A DNA stretch of 60,443 bases from a virus (taxonomy: Duplodnaviria > Caudoviricetes). The stretch lies in IMG/VR virus record IMGVR_UViG_3300042453_000310, positions 1-60,443 of that record. One strand, given 5' to 3'. Numbering within the stretch: the stretch's first letter is position 1; each line of letters starts with the position of its first letter. This document shows positions 46,975 through 55,299 of this stretch, piece by piece. The notes beneath the pieces were generated by a model. It was not told the origin of the DNA. It searched no databases and saw only the letters and a program-made list of their open reading frames with translations. Position numbers and translations under genes: made by a program.

Positions 46975-47301
46975 ATGAAACCCATAGAACTTGAAGTAGA
47001 CGAGCACCCGCACTCGGGTGAGGTTAACGAACAAGGCGACTTTGTCTTCTACCTGTACGCGTCAAACGAATGCGGGCAAGAGTTTGAAGAGGCGATTGAG
47101 ACTTTGATACATCTTTGGCCTTTGCAAACAGAAGTGTCTATAAAGATCAATGTAAAACTTAAAGATGTTTACAACGACACGTACGAAATGTTCAACGCTG
47201 GAGGAAAGATTCAGCAAAAAGACACGCCACGTTTTGAAGCCCTGCGCAAAGATTGCCAATGGATAATTGACCAAATTAACGAACTGGAGATGAACACATG
47301 A
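46975..47301 (+). CDS. Hypothetical acidic protein
   Basis: GGAGG RBS, ATG at 46975. Confidence 0.65.
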   Translation: MKPIELEVDEHPHSGEVNEQGDFVFYLYASNECGQEFEEAIETLIHLWPLQTEVSIKINVKLKDVYNDTYEMFNAGGKIQQKDTPRFEALRKDCQWIIDQINELEMNT

Positions 47302-47489
47302 GCAACACAATTTTCAACAAAGAAGACTTCGACAACGTCTTTGGCAAGCCCGAAATGTATATAAGGCCAGACCCTCTCGTGCGCAACGCTGTGCTTGAAG
47401 AGGTAGCGCTGGAGTTCGATGCCATGCGCATTGCTTTTGGTGACACAGCCCACAGCTTTGCCACGTATGTGAGGGACATGAAGACATGA
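47298..47489 (+). CDS. Hypothetical protein
   Basis: ATGA coupling; RNAVLEEVA...FGDTA.SFA motif. Confidence 0.7.
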   Translation: MSNTIFNKEDFDNVFGKPEMYIRPDPLVRNAVLEEVALEFDAMRIAFGDTAHSFATYVRDMKT

Positions 47490-47677
47490 GTGGGTTTGTT
47501 AAGCGGCAATTATTTATTGGCGGCGTACAGCATGTGCACAAGTACAAAGAGTGCGCTCGGTGCAATGAATCGAAGCCACCAGAGGGCGGGATTCAACTGA
47601 GCGATACCAAATGGCACTGCGCACGATGCTGGGCCAACGGAGTAATAAGTAGGAACTTAAAAAATGCCAAGACCTAA
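47486..47677 (+). CDS. Small Zn-ribbon protein
   Basis: CARC...WHCARC. Confidence 0.7.
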   Translation: MSGFVKRQLFIGGVQHVHKYKECARCNESKPPEGGIQLSDTKWHCARCWANGVISRNLKNAKT

Positions 47678-47885
47678 ACCACCCGAGCCCATAACTTTTA
47701 GAAACATCCGTATGTCTGACAGGCAGTGGATCATATTCAACCAACTTGGCGGGGCTGAATGGTTGCGTGGGTTTCTTGAAAAGAAAGCACCAATGCCCAA
47801 GCAGTACTACGACAACGAACTAGCGCGCATACACAATCCTGCTGATGCTGCTTTTATAAACAGAAAGAGAGAGATCAATGACTAA
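47664..47885 (+). CDS. Ribbon-helix-helix-like DNA-binding protein
   Basis: MPRPKP...RNIRMSDRQW..F..LGGAEWLR. Confidence 0.65.
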   Translation: MPRPKPPEPITFRNIRMSDRQWIIFNQLGGAEWLRGFLEKKAPMPKQYYDNELARIHNPADAAFINRKREIND

Positions 47886-47893
47886 GGTACAAC

Positions 47894-48205
47894 ATGGCAG
47901 AGACACCTGAATGGAAAGTAAAGAAGGCGGTACGGCTGTTGCTTGACAAGCTAGGCGTGTACCACTTCATGCCCCCTGCTAACGGCTTTGGCCGTGCAGG
48001 GATACCTGACATCGTTGGCTGTATGGACGGGCACTTCATCGCCATCGAGTGCAAGGCTGGCAAGGGGCAGACCACTGCACTGCAAGACAGGGAACTTAAC
48101 ATGATTCTCAATGCAGGCGGTACTGTGTTCATTGCCCGTGAGCACAACATACCAGACCTAGAACTACTACTGAAGGAGAAACAAAATGAGTTACGTGGAC
48201 TTTGA
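47894..48205 (+). CDS. VRR-NUC (PD-(D/E)XK) nuclease / resolvase
   Basis: TPE.KVK, GIPDIV, AIECKAG, TALQ, AGG motifs. Confidence 0.88.
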   Translation: MAETPEWKVKKAVRLLLDKLGVYHFMPPANGFGRAGIPDIVGCMDGHFIAIECKAGKGQTTALQDRELNMILNAGGTVFIAREHNIPDLELLLKEKQNELRGL

Positions 48206-48482
48206 CGGCTCAATGTCTGAGGCAGAACTGCACCGCAGGGTAACAGCTATGTCTGACGAAGAGCAAGCCCACTTCAAGCTACTGATTCACAAGTTGGTGA
48301 TGTGCTACGGCGAGGGCAAGGCGCAGGGCATTGTCATCATTGGACGCGCTGAAGATGCGCTGGCAGGAGTCGTTACCCTAAACTGTGACGAGATGGAGGC
48401 GTCGCAACTTATGTTGGCGGCAAACGATTTTTTCGGCTTTCTCAACGTCCTAGGCGCACCACCCAAGGAGAACTTTAATTGA
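48186..48482 (+). CDS. Hypothetical protein
   Basis: AAGGAGAA RBS, 98 aa, coupled to polA. Confidence 0.7.
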   Translation: MSYVDFDGSMSEAELHRRVTAMSDEEQAHFKLLIHKLVMCYGEGKAQGIVIIGRAEDALAGVVTLNCDEMEASQLMLAANDFFGFLNVLGAPPKENFN

Positions 48483-50449
48483 GCAAGCCATACGACAGAA
48501 TAATAACCATCGATTTCGAAACCTACTGGGACACCAAGGAAGGTTACACACTCAGCAAGATGACAACAGAGGAGTACATACGCCATGATAAATTTAGAGC
48601 GTTCGGAGCTTGCGTCCATGTATACGGAAGCGATGAGCCAACTAGATGGGTTAGCGCAGAGGGACTACGTGAGTACTTCAATGGTGTCGATTGGGGACGA
48701 ACCGCAGTGCTTGCGCATAACGCACAGTTCGATGTATCCATTATGGAGTGGGTCTACGCTGTACATCCAGCCTTCATCTTCGACACCTTATCAATGGCGC
48801 GAGCTTTACGTGGCGTGGAAGTTGGTAACAGTCTCGCCCGACTCGCAAAGGATTTTGGACTTGCAGAAAAAGGCACCGCCGTTCATTCAACTAACGGAGT
48901 TCACGAGTTGGACGCCACGCTCGAGCGAGACCTCGCTGAGTACTGCAAACATGATGTGTTTCTGTGCGAGGAAATATTCAAACGGTTGGTGGATGCCTAT
49001 CCATCCAAGGAGTTAAGACTCATAGACATGACGCTGAAGATGTACACACGCCCTGTGTTGCAGCTTGACCCCAACATGCTGACGGACGCCATACTAGACG
49101 AAAAGGAAAAACGTGAAGCCCTATTACAAAAGCTCGGCGTGGAAGAAACTGCGCTGGCATCGAACCCGCAGTTTGCTGCACTACTTGAGAAACTCAATGT
49201 GGTTCCGCCAACCAAGACAAGCAAGACAACTGGGAAGCAAACACTTGCCCTCGCTAAGAACGATGCCCTATTTCAAACGCTACTCAACAGTGAACGTGAA
49301 GACGTTGCCCTACTTTGTGAAGCGCGTCTTCGGGTTAAATCAACCACTGAGAGAACACGAGCACAAAGGTTCTTGGACATCAGCCAACGCGGTGCATTAC
49401 CCGTACCTCTCTCCTACTACGGGGCGCAGACTGGCCGGTGGACAGCAAGCAAGGGTTCGGCCATCAACATGCAGAACCTCAAGCGAGGATCGTTCTTACG
49501 CAAAGCGATAATGGCTCCCGAAGGGCATCAACTCGTCGTCGGTGATCTCTCGCAGATTGAACCGCGAGTCCTTGCGTGGCTATCGGATTACACAGACATG
49601 CTCGGTATCTTCAGCGCTGGCGGTGACCCCTACGCCGCGTTCGGTGCGCAGATGTTTAACATTCCGGGGCTTACCAAAGAGTCTCATCCAGACCTACGCC
49701 AATCGGCTAAGTCAGCTCTACTTGGGTGCGGCTATGGATTGGGTTGGGCTTCATTCGCTTCGCAACTCACAACAGGTTTCTTGGGTGCGCCACCTGTACG
49801 CTACGAGGCGGAGTTCACACGGCAGTTGGGGGTCAGCAAGAAGCAGGCTATTGCGTTCTTGAACTGGCACGACACCGAGGCCAAGCTGCGGGACATCCCG
49901 CATACTTGTAGCCTCTACGAGTTAGCAATGCACGCTGTCGCATCCAAGCGCATCATTGATATGTACCGAGCCACCGCGTACCCTGTAGTTGAGTTCTGGC
50001 AGATGTGTGAGAGACAGATTGAGTCGGCTTTGTACTATGGCGAAGACTACACATACAAGTGCTTGACGTTTCGCAAGGGTCGTATAGAATTACCCAATGG
50101 AATGAGCTTGCACTACCCCGCTCTGAGACGAGAGAAGGATGAGAAGGGTAGAGACCAGTGGGTTTACGGCGCCGATGCAACCAAGTTGTATGCAGGCAAG
50201 GTAACAAACAATGTCACGCAAGCGCTGGCGCGTATTGTGATGACTGACGGAATGCTACGGGTATCCAAAAGATACTTCATAGCTGGCACAGTGCACGACG
50301 AATTGATCGCTGTTGTACCTGATGCCGAGGTGGAAGATGCTAAGACTTGGGTCTTGGCGCAGATGACTATGGAGCCAAGCTATATGCAAGGCATACCATT
50401 GTCCGCTGACGGTGGCGCGCACCGTAGGTATGGGTTAGCAAAAAACTAG
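48479..50449 (+). CDS. polA: DNA polymerase family A with 3'-5' exonuclease
   Basis: Exo motifs DFET, HNAQFD, YCKHD; polymerase motifs DLSQIEPR, RQSAKSALLGCGYG, VHDE; TTG start. Confidence 0.95.
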   Translation: MSKPYDRIITIDFETYWDTKEGYTLSKMTTEEYIRHDKFRAFGACVHVYGSDEPTRWVSAEGLREYFNGVDWGRTAVLAHNAQFDVSIMEWVYAVHPAFIFDTLSMARALRGVEVGNSLARLAKDFGLAEKGTAVHSTNGVHELDATLERDLAEYCKHDVFLCEEIFKRLVDAYPSKELRLIDMTLKMYTRPVLQLDPNMLTDAILDEKEKREALLQKLGVEETALASNPQFAALLEKLNVVPPTKTSKTTGKQTLALAKNDALFQTLLNSEREDVALLCEARLRVKSTTERTRAQRFLDISQRGALPVPLSYYGAQTGRWTASKGSAINMQNLKRGSFLRKAIMAPEGHQLVVGDLSQIEPRVLAWLSDYTDMLGIFSAGGDPYAAFGAQMFNIPGLTKESHPDLRQSAKSALLGCGYGLGWASFASQLTTGFLGAPPVRYEAEFTRQLGVSKKQAIAFLNWHDTEAKLRDIPHTCSLYELAMHAVASKRIIDMYRATAYPVVEFWQMCERQIESALYYGEDYTYKCLTFRKGRIELPNGMSLHYPALRREKDEKGRDQWVYGADATKLYAGKVTNNVTQALARIVMTDGMLRVSKRYFIAGTVHDELIAVVPDAEVEDAKTWVLAQMTMEPSYMQGIPLSADGGAHRRYGLAKN

Positions 50450-50460
50450 GAGAAGCACTA

Positions 50461-50760
50461 TTGAGGTTACCAACAAAAATAAGAGTAGGTAGGCGGTGGT
50501 ACAGCGTGGAAGTCATTGAGGCTATGATCGATAAGAGTTATGTGGGGCGTGTGCATTATGACGCGCAACACATTCGTATCGGTACACGCGACCACTCAGG
50601 CAAACCGTTTACAAAGCACGAAGTCGGCGACACATTCTGGCATGAGCTTACGCATGCAATCCTGCATGACATGGACAGCCCTTTGTATCGTGACGAGCGT
50701 TTTGTATCCGCGTTTGCAACACGGCTTAACAAAGCCATTAACACAGCGAAGTTCGAATGA
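50461..50760 (+). CDS. Small zincin-like metallopeptidase (HExxH)
   Basis: TFWHELTHAIL...DERFV. Confidence 0.75.
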   Translation: MRLPTKIRVGRRWYSVEVIEAMIDKSYVGRVHYDAQHIRIGTRDHSGKPFTKHEVGDTFWHELTHAILHDMDSPLYRDERFVSAFATRLNKAINTAKFE

Positions 50761-51422
50761 AAAAACCAGCATGGTCACACAGCAGCCTCAAAGATTTTGA
50801 GGGTTGCCAACGCAGGTATCACGAGGTCAAGGTCTTGAAGAAGTACCCCTTCCAAGAGACTGAGGCCACGCGTTACGGCAATCAGGTGCATGAAGCTATT
50901 GAACACTACATCAGGGATCAAAAGCCTATACCGCCTGAGTACGAGCAGTTCCAGCCTGTGGTGGACGCCATGCTTGCCAAGCCCGGACGAAAGCTAGCAG
51001 AGTACGAGATGGCGCTACGCGCTGACCTTACGCCTACTAACTGGAAAGCACCTGATGTTTGGGTGCGGGGCATCGCGGACATTCTGATCGTTGACGATGA
51101 GAACCTTACGGCATGGGTGGGAGACTGGAAGACCGGCAACAACAAGTACCCCGACAGGGATCAGCTTGTGTTGATGTCGCTCATGGTGTTCCAGCACTTC
51201 CCGCACATACGTAAGGTTAACTCAGCGTTGCTGTTCATTGTGAAAAATGATATGGTCAAGATGCAGATGACACGCGATCAGTCTGAAGCCTTCTGGTGGA
51301 AGTATCGTGAGCGTACTGCGCGTCTTGAAGCATGCTTCGAGAACGAGGTATGGAACCCCAATCAAACCCCACTTTGCGGATGGTGTCAGGTCACCGGATG
51401 CGAGTTCAACCCTAAGCATTAG
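50757..51422 (+). CDS. PD-(D/E)XK exonuclease (Cas4/RecB-like)
   Basis: WSHSSL..F..C, G..VH, RGIAD, DWKTG, QL, C-terminal CGWC...C. Confidence 0.88.
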   Translation: MKKPAWSHSSLKDFEGCQRRYHEVKVLKKYPFQETEATRYGNQVHEAIEHYIRDQKPIPPEYEQFQPVVDAMLAKPGRKLAEYEMALRADLTPTNWKAPDVWVRGIADILIVDDENLTAWVGDWKTGNNKYPDRDQLVLMSLMVFQHFPHIRKVNSALLFIVKNDMVKMQMTRDQSEAFWWKYRERTARLEACFENEVWNPNQTPLCGWCQVTGCEFNPKH

Positions 51423-51430
51423 GAACAGTC

Positions 51431-51664
51431 ATGGCCACAAGAAACTATTCGTCAGAGTACGCTAACTACCAAGGCAAGCCCGATCAGATCAAGAAGCGAG
51501 CAGAGCGCGTTAAGGCTCGCCGCATGATGGAGAAGACGGGGGCAGCCACCAAGGGTGACGGCAAAGATGTGGATCACATCAAGCCCATGCGCTCAGGTGG
51601 TACATCAGCCAAAGGTAACCTGCGTATGCGTAGCAAATCTGCCAACAGAGCAGACAATAAATAA
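51431..51664 (+). CDS. Small HNH-fold protein
   Basis: DGKDVDHIKP...GG....NLR......NR. Confidence 0.8.
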   Translation: MATRNYSSEYANYQGKPDQIKKRAERVKARRMMEKTGAATKGDGKDVDHIKPMRSGGTSAKGNLRMRSKSANRADNK

Positions 51665-51678
51665 TCCTCGGAGAAGCA

Positions 51679-53238
51679 ATGGAAATTGTAGAAGACAGAG
51701 CACTTATCTTACGAACAAGGAACCCGCACAAATACTCAATCATCCCTAAGAGCAAAGCCATGCTTCGTGCAGACGGAGGCTACGACGTTGCTGTGTACTG
51801 GGGTCTTGATGAAGCGCGGGTTTTGCGTAACCTAGGTGTTAAGGATGTGCCATCGCCGATCATTAGGCGCTACGACTGGCCGGGGCGTTACACGCCTATG
51901 GCTCATCAGATAGAGACGTCAGCGTTCTTGACGATGTACAGGAGAGCCTTTGTGTTCTCTGAACCCGGCACTGGCAAGACGCTATCTGCTCTATGGGCGG
52001 CTGACTACTTGATGAAGCTTAAGAAGGTGCGTAGGGTTCTGATCCTGTGCCCCTTGTCCATCATGCACAGCGCATGGATGGGCGACATCAACAACAGCAT
52101 CATTCATCGCTCTGCCGTTATCGCGCACCATGCGCAGGCTAGTCGGCGCATCGAGATGATTCAGCGAGATTACGAGATTGTCATTACCAACTATGAAGGT
52201 CTTAATCTGATCGCTGATGAGGTGCGTAACGATGGCCGCTTTGACCTTGTGATTGTGGACGAAGCCAACGCATACAAGACACCAACGACACGCAGATGGA
52301 AGGCACTTAACTCGATCCTTACGCCAACCACATACCTGTGGATGATGACCGGAACGCCGGCATCTCAGTCGCCAGTGGACGCGTATGGCTTGGCTAAGCT
52401 AGTTAACCCTGATGGCGTGCCTAAGTTCTTTACTGCGTGGCGAGACAAGGTGATGAACAAGATCACGCTGTTCAAGTGGGCGCCAAAGGCTGATGCTAAA
52501 GAGAAGGTACACGAGGCTCTACAGCCAGCGATACGCTACACCAAAGCACAATGCCTTGACTTACCCCCTGTCATTACCATGACTCGTGAGGTAGCTCTGA
52601 CACCACAGCAAGCCAAGTACTACAACATGCTCAAAGAACGCATGCTTGTGCTAGCCGCAGGCGAGACCATCACGGCAGTCAATGCCGCCGCTGGTGTGAG
52701 TAAGCTGTTGCAGATCAGTTGTGGTGCGGCCTACACAGACGACAAGGAAGTTGTTGAGTTTGACTCAGCGCCTCGGTTGGCTGTACTGGAGGAGATACTA
52801 GACGAGACCGATCGCAAGGTCATCATCTTTGCTTTGTTCCGTAGCACCATTGACACCATTAGCACGTACCTCACCAAGAAGGGCATTGTCAACGAGTGCA
52901 TCCACGGGGATGTAACGCCTAGCAAACGTGGGCAAACAATCAATCGCTTCCAGACTGAAGCCGACCCTAGAGTGTTGGTCATGCAGCCTGCGGCATCGGC
53001 CCACGGCATCACGCTGACTGCCGCTGATACTGTGGTGTTCTATGGCCCACTCATGAGCGTAGAGCAGTACATCCAGTGCTGTGCCCGTGCTGACCGCAAG
53101 GGGCAGGACTCAGATAAAGTTACTGTGATCCACATTCAGGGTAGCGCTATCGAGAGGAAGATGTTTGATGCGTTGGCAGGGAAAGTTAGCGATAACTTAC
53201 TTCTTACCGACATGTTCGAGACTGAAATTAAATCATGA
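51679..53238 (+). CDS. SNF2-family (SF2) helicase
   Basis: EPGTGKT, VIVDEA, MTGTP, HGITLT, QCCARADRKGQ. Confidence 0.92.
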   Translation: MEIVEDRALILRTRNPHKYSIIPKSKAMLRADGGYDVAVYWGLDEARVLRNLGVKDVPSPIIRRYDWPGRYTPMAHQIETSAFLTMYRRAFVFSEPGTGKTLSALWAADYLMKLKKVRRVLILCPLSIMHSAWMGDINNSIIHRSAVIAHHAQASRRIEMIQRDYEIVITNYEGLNLIADEVRNDGRFDLVIVDEANAYKTPTTRRWKALNSILTPTTYLWMMTGTPASQSPVDAYGLAKLVNPDGVPKFFTAWRDKVMNKITLFKWAPKADAKEKVHEALQPAIRYTKAQCLDLPPVITMTREVALTPQQAKYYNMLKERMLVLAAGETITAVNAAAGVSKLLQISCGAAYTDDKEVVEFDSAPRLAVLEEILDETDRKVIIFALFRSTIDTISTYLTKKGIVNECIHGDVTPSKRGQTINRFQTEADPRVLVMQPAASAHGITLTAADTVVFYGPLMSVEQYIQCCARADRKGQDSDKVTVIHIQGSAIERKMFDALAGKVSDNLLLTDMFETEIKS

Positions 53239-53245
53239 AAGGGGG

Positions 53246-53288
53246 TTGCAACCAATTGAAATATGTGTAAACTGTCCAACCTTAGACA
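53246..53288 (+). promoter_or_regulatory. Sigma70-like promoter with overlapping operator palindrome
   Basis: TTGCAA-16 nt-TAAACT with a TG extension; TGTCCA-ACCT-TAGACA at 53273-53288. Confidence 0.6.
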
Positions 53289-53309
53289 ATAATTAAACAG
53301 GAGAAGCAA

Positions 53310-53711
53310 GTGTCAGAAGACTCAGTACCGCTAGACAAACTAGCAAAAATCTACCGCAAACTGCGTAGCAAGATTGCCGACCTAACCCAAGAGTACGACA
53401 CCGAAGTCGAGCTACTCAAGGCGCAACAGGACGAGATCAAGAACGCAATGAAAGACCAGATGAAGACGCTTGGCGTCACATCTGTACGAACTCCAGAAGG
53501 CACAGTGGTGCTGTCTGTGAAAACGCGCTACTCCACCCAAGACTGGGACGAATTTAAAAAGTTTGTCTTGGCTCACGAAGCCATTGAGCTTTTGGAGAAG
53601 CGCATCGCACAGACCAACATGAAGCAGTTCTTGGACGAAAACCCCGGGGTCGTACCGCCCGGACTCAACTCAGCCTCTGAGTACGATATCTCTGTACGTA
53701 AACCAACTTAA
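53310..53711 (+). CDS. Coiled-coil replication-module protein (Gam/gp157-like architecture)
   Basis: AGGAG RBS, GTG start; N-terminal coiled coil, SVRT..GTV, DW..F, LLEKRI, PPGL. Confidence 0.7.
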   Translation: MSEDSVPLDKLAKIYRKLRSKIADLTQEYDTEVELLKAQQDEIKNAMKDQMKTLGVTSVRTPEGTVVLSVKTRYSTQDWDEFKKFVLAHEAIELLEKRIAQTNMKQFLDENPGVVPPGLNSASEYDISVRKPT

Positions 53712-53722
53712 ATGGAAATCAA

Positions 53723-54706
53723 ATGAGCAACATTGCAATGTTCAACCCCTCAAACGTGCCGTCATTCGCTAAGAACGCGGCTCTATCTGCAACTACTTTG
53801 GCCTTAGCCGGTGGCGTACCCACTGGCGGCGGCATGAAACGCGTCTCTATCAAGGGTGGCGTGTTCCGCTTGCTTTCTGGCGGCAAAGAAGTGGCCGCTA
53901 TTGACGAGCGCTTCTTAGATGTGATCGTGGTTAAAGCTGCCCCCAAGATCAGCCGTATCTTCTACGCAGGATCGTACGACAAGGATGCGGCGGCGGCTCC
54001 CCCTGACTGCACCTCTGGCGATGGCGACAAGCCTGATGCAGGCGTGCGGAACCCACAGGCTTCTACCTGTGCCGCTTGCCCACAAAACATCGCGGGGTCA
54101 GGCAATGGCAACAGCCGTGCTTGCCGTTACCAACAGCGCTTGGCTGTGGTGCTGGCTAACAACCCTGAAGGCGATGTGTTGCAGGTCACCCTGCCAGCTA
54201 CGTCCATCTTCGGCAAGGAAGAAGGCGACAAGCGCCCACTGCAAGCCTACGCCCGTGCTATGGCGGCTCAGACTCCTCCTGTTAACTTGGACTCCATCGT
54301 GACCCGCATGAAGTTTGACACCAAGGCTGAGTCACCCAAGTTGATCTTCGCCCCTGTGCGTTGGTTGACTGATGACGAGTACGAGATTGTGCAGTCGCAA
54401 TCTCAGTCTAAGGATGCTGAGAAGGCTGTATCTTCTACCCCTGCCGCTGTGGATGGCGTTACTGCCCCTGCACCATTGGCTATTGAAGGCAAGCGCCCTG
54501 CGGCTAAGCCTATGGGTGATATGCTGGACGAAGACGAGGCCGAAGCTATGGCTGAAGTCAAAGCCACCAAACCCAAGAAAGCCAAGGCTGTTGAGGTGGA
54601 GGCTGAAGAGGAGCCAGAAGTTCGCAAAGCCCCTGCCAAGGTGGAAGCCGCCCCAGCTAAGAAGAACAAGCTGGCCGACATCGTTGCTGACTGGGACGAT
54701 GAGTAA
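53723..54706 (+). CDS. Putative single-stranded DNA-binding / recombination protein
   Basis: RVSIKGGVF, PDCTS, CAACP.N..GS, ACR motifs; acidic C-terminal tail ADWDDE. Confidence 0.65.
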   Translation: MSNIAMFNPSNVPSFAKNAALSATTLALAGGVPTGGGMKRVSIKGGVFRLLSGGKEVAAIDERFLDVIVVKAAPKISRIFYAGSYDKDAAAAPPDCTSGDGDKPDAGVRNPQASTCAACPQNIAGSGNGNSRACRYQQRLAVVLANNPEGDVLQVTLPATSIFGKEEGDKRPLQAYARAMAAQTPPVNLDSIVTRMKFDTKAESPKLIFAPVRWLTDDEYEIVQSQSQSKDAEKAVSSTPAAVDGVTAPAPLAIEGKRPAAKPMGDMLDEDEAEAMAEVKATKPKKAKAVEVEAEEEPEVRKAPAKVEAAPAKKNKLADIVADWDDE

Positions 54707-54835
54707 TTAAAGGTTTCGCTAGGCCGCAGTCGGCGGTCGCATTGCGTGTGCCGGGGTTTTTAAAAGTTACCTCGTTAGATACACACACACAAGCACACGA
54801 CTGCGTTTCCCGTTCTGCGTGTCCTAGCGCCTTAA
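54707..54835 (+). ncRNA. Candidate multistem structured RNA in intergenic region
   Basis: CGCTAGG/CCTAGCG, CGCAGTC/GACTGCG, GTGTGC/GCACAC and CGGGGT/ACCTCG nested helices; strand uncertain. Confidence 0.5.
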
Positions 54836-54845
54836 CAAAACCACT

Positions 54846-55139
54846 ATGGCTTACTCTCAAAAAATCATTGACGAAGTAGCAAAGACTCCCAAGTCTCTGG
54901 GCAACCAGCTTGGGCGTTGGGCGATCCACCATGACTTTCCGGTCACGAAGATTGCCTATGCTCTCGGCGTCTCTCGACAGACTGTCTACAACTGGTTTAC
55001 AGGCACGGAAGTGTTTGTGGCCTACCGCAGTCGCGTCGAATTCTTAACTCACATAATGAAGACCTCGCATTCAGCAGACGAGGCATGGAGAAAAATATGT
55101 ACGGAATACAACCTCGATCCCTCACCACGCAAGAGCTGA
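54846..55139 (+). CDS. Helix-turn-helix (XRE/Cro-like) regulator
   Basis: TKIAYALGVSRQTVYNWFTG. Confidence 0.85.
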   Translation: MAYSQKIIDEVAKTPKSLGNQLGRWAIHHDFPVTKIAYALGVSRQTVYNWFTGTEVFVAYRSRVEFLTHIMKTSHSADEAWRKICTEYNLDPSPRKS

Positions 55140-55282
55140 TCCGCTTTAGCGCAGAACTCATGGAGTTGGACACAGGCTTGCCCAAGGAGTGGCAACTGGA
55201 AGTGCTACGCCGTTTGACTGTGATGGCGCCCCCTGATGAATCCCAACTTAAAGATTCAAAGCAGCTAGACCTGTTCCTGTAA
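55097..55282 (+). CDS. Hypothetical protein
   Basis: GGAG RBS; MYGIQPRSLTTQELIR...; ends with QLDLF, a canonical sliding-clamp-binding motif. Confidence 0.65.
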   Translation: MYGIQPRSLTTQELIRFSAELMELDTGLPKEWQLEVLRRLTVMAPPDESQLKDSKQLDLFL

Positions 55283-55299
55283 CCCGATCAAGGACTCTA

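Noticed and set aside
50757-51422. Cas4-like nuclease as part of a CRISPR system
   Set aside because: A stand-alone PD-(D/E)XK nuclease in a standard phage replication module, with no array or other cas genes.
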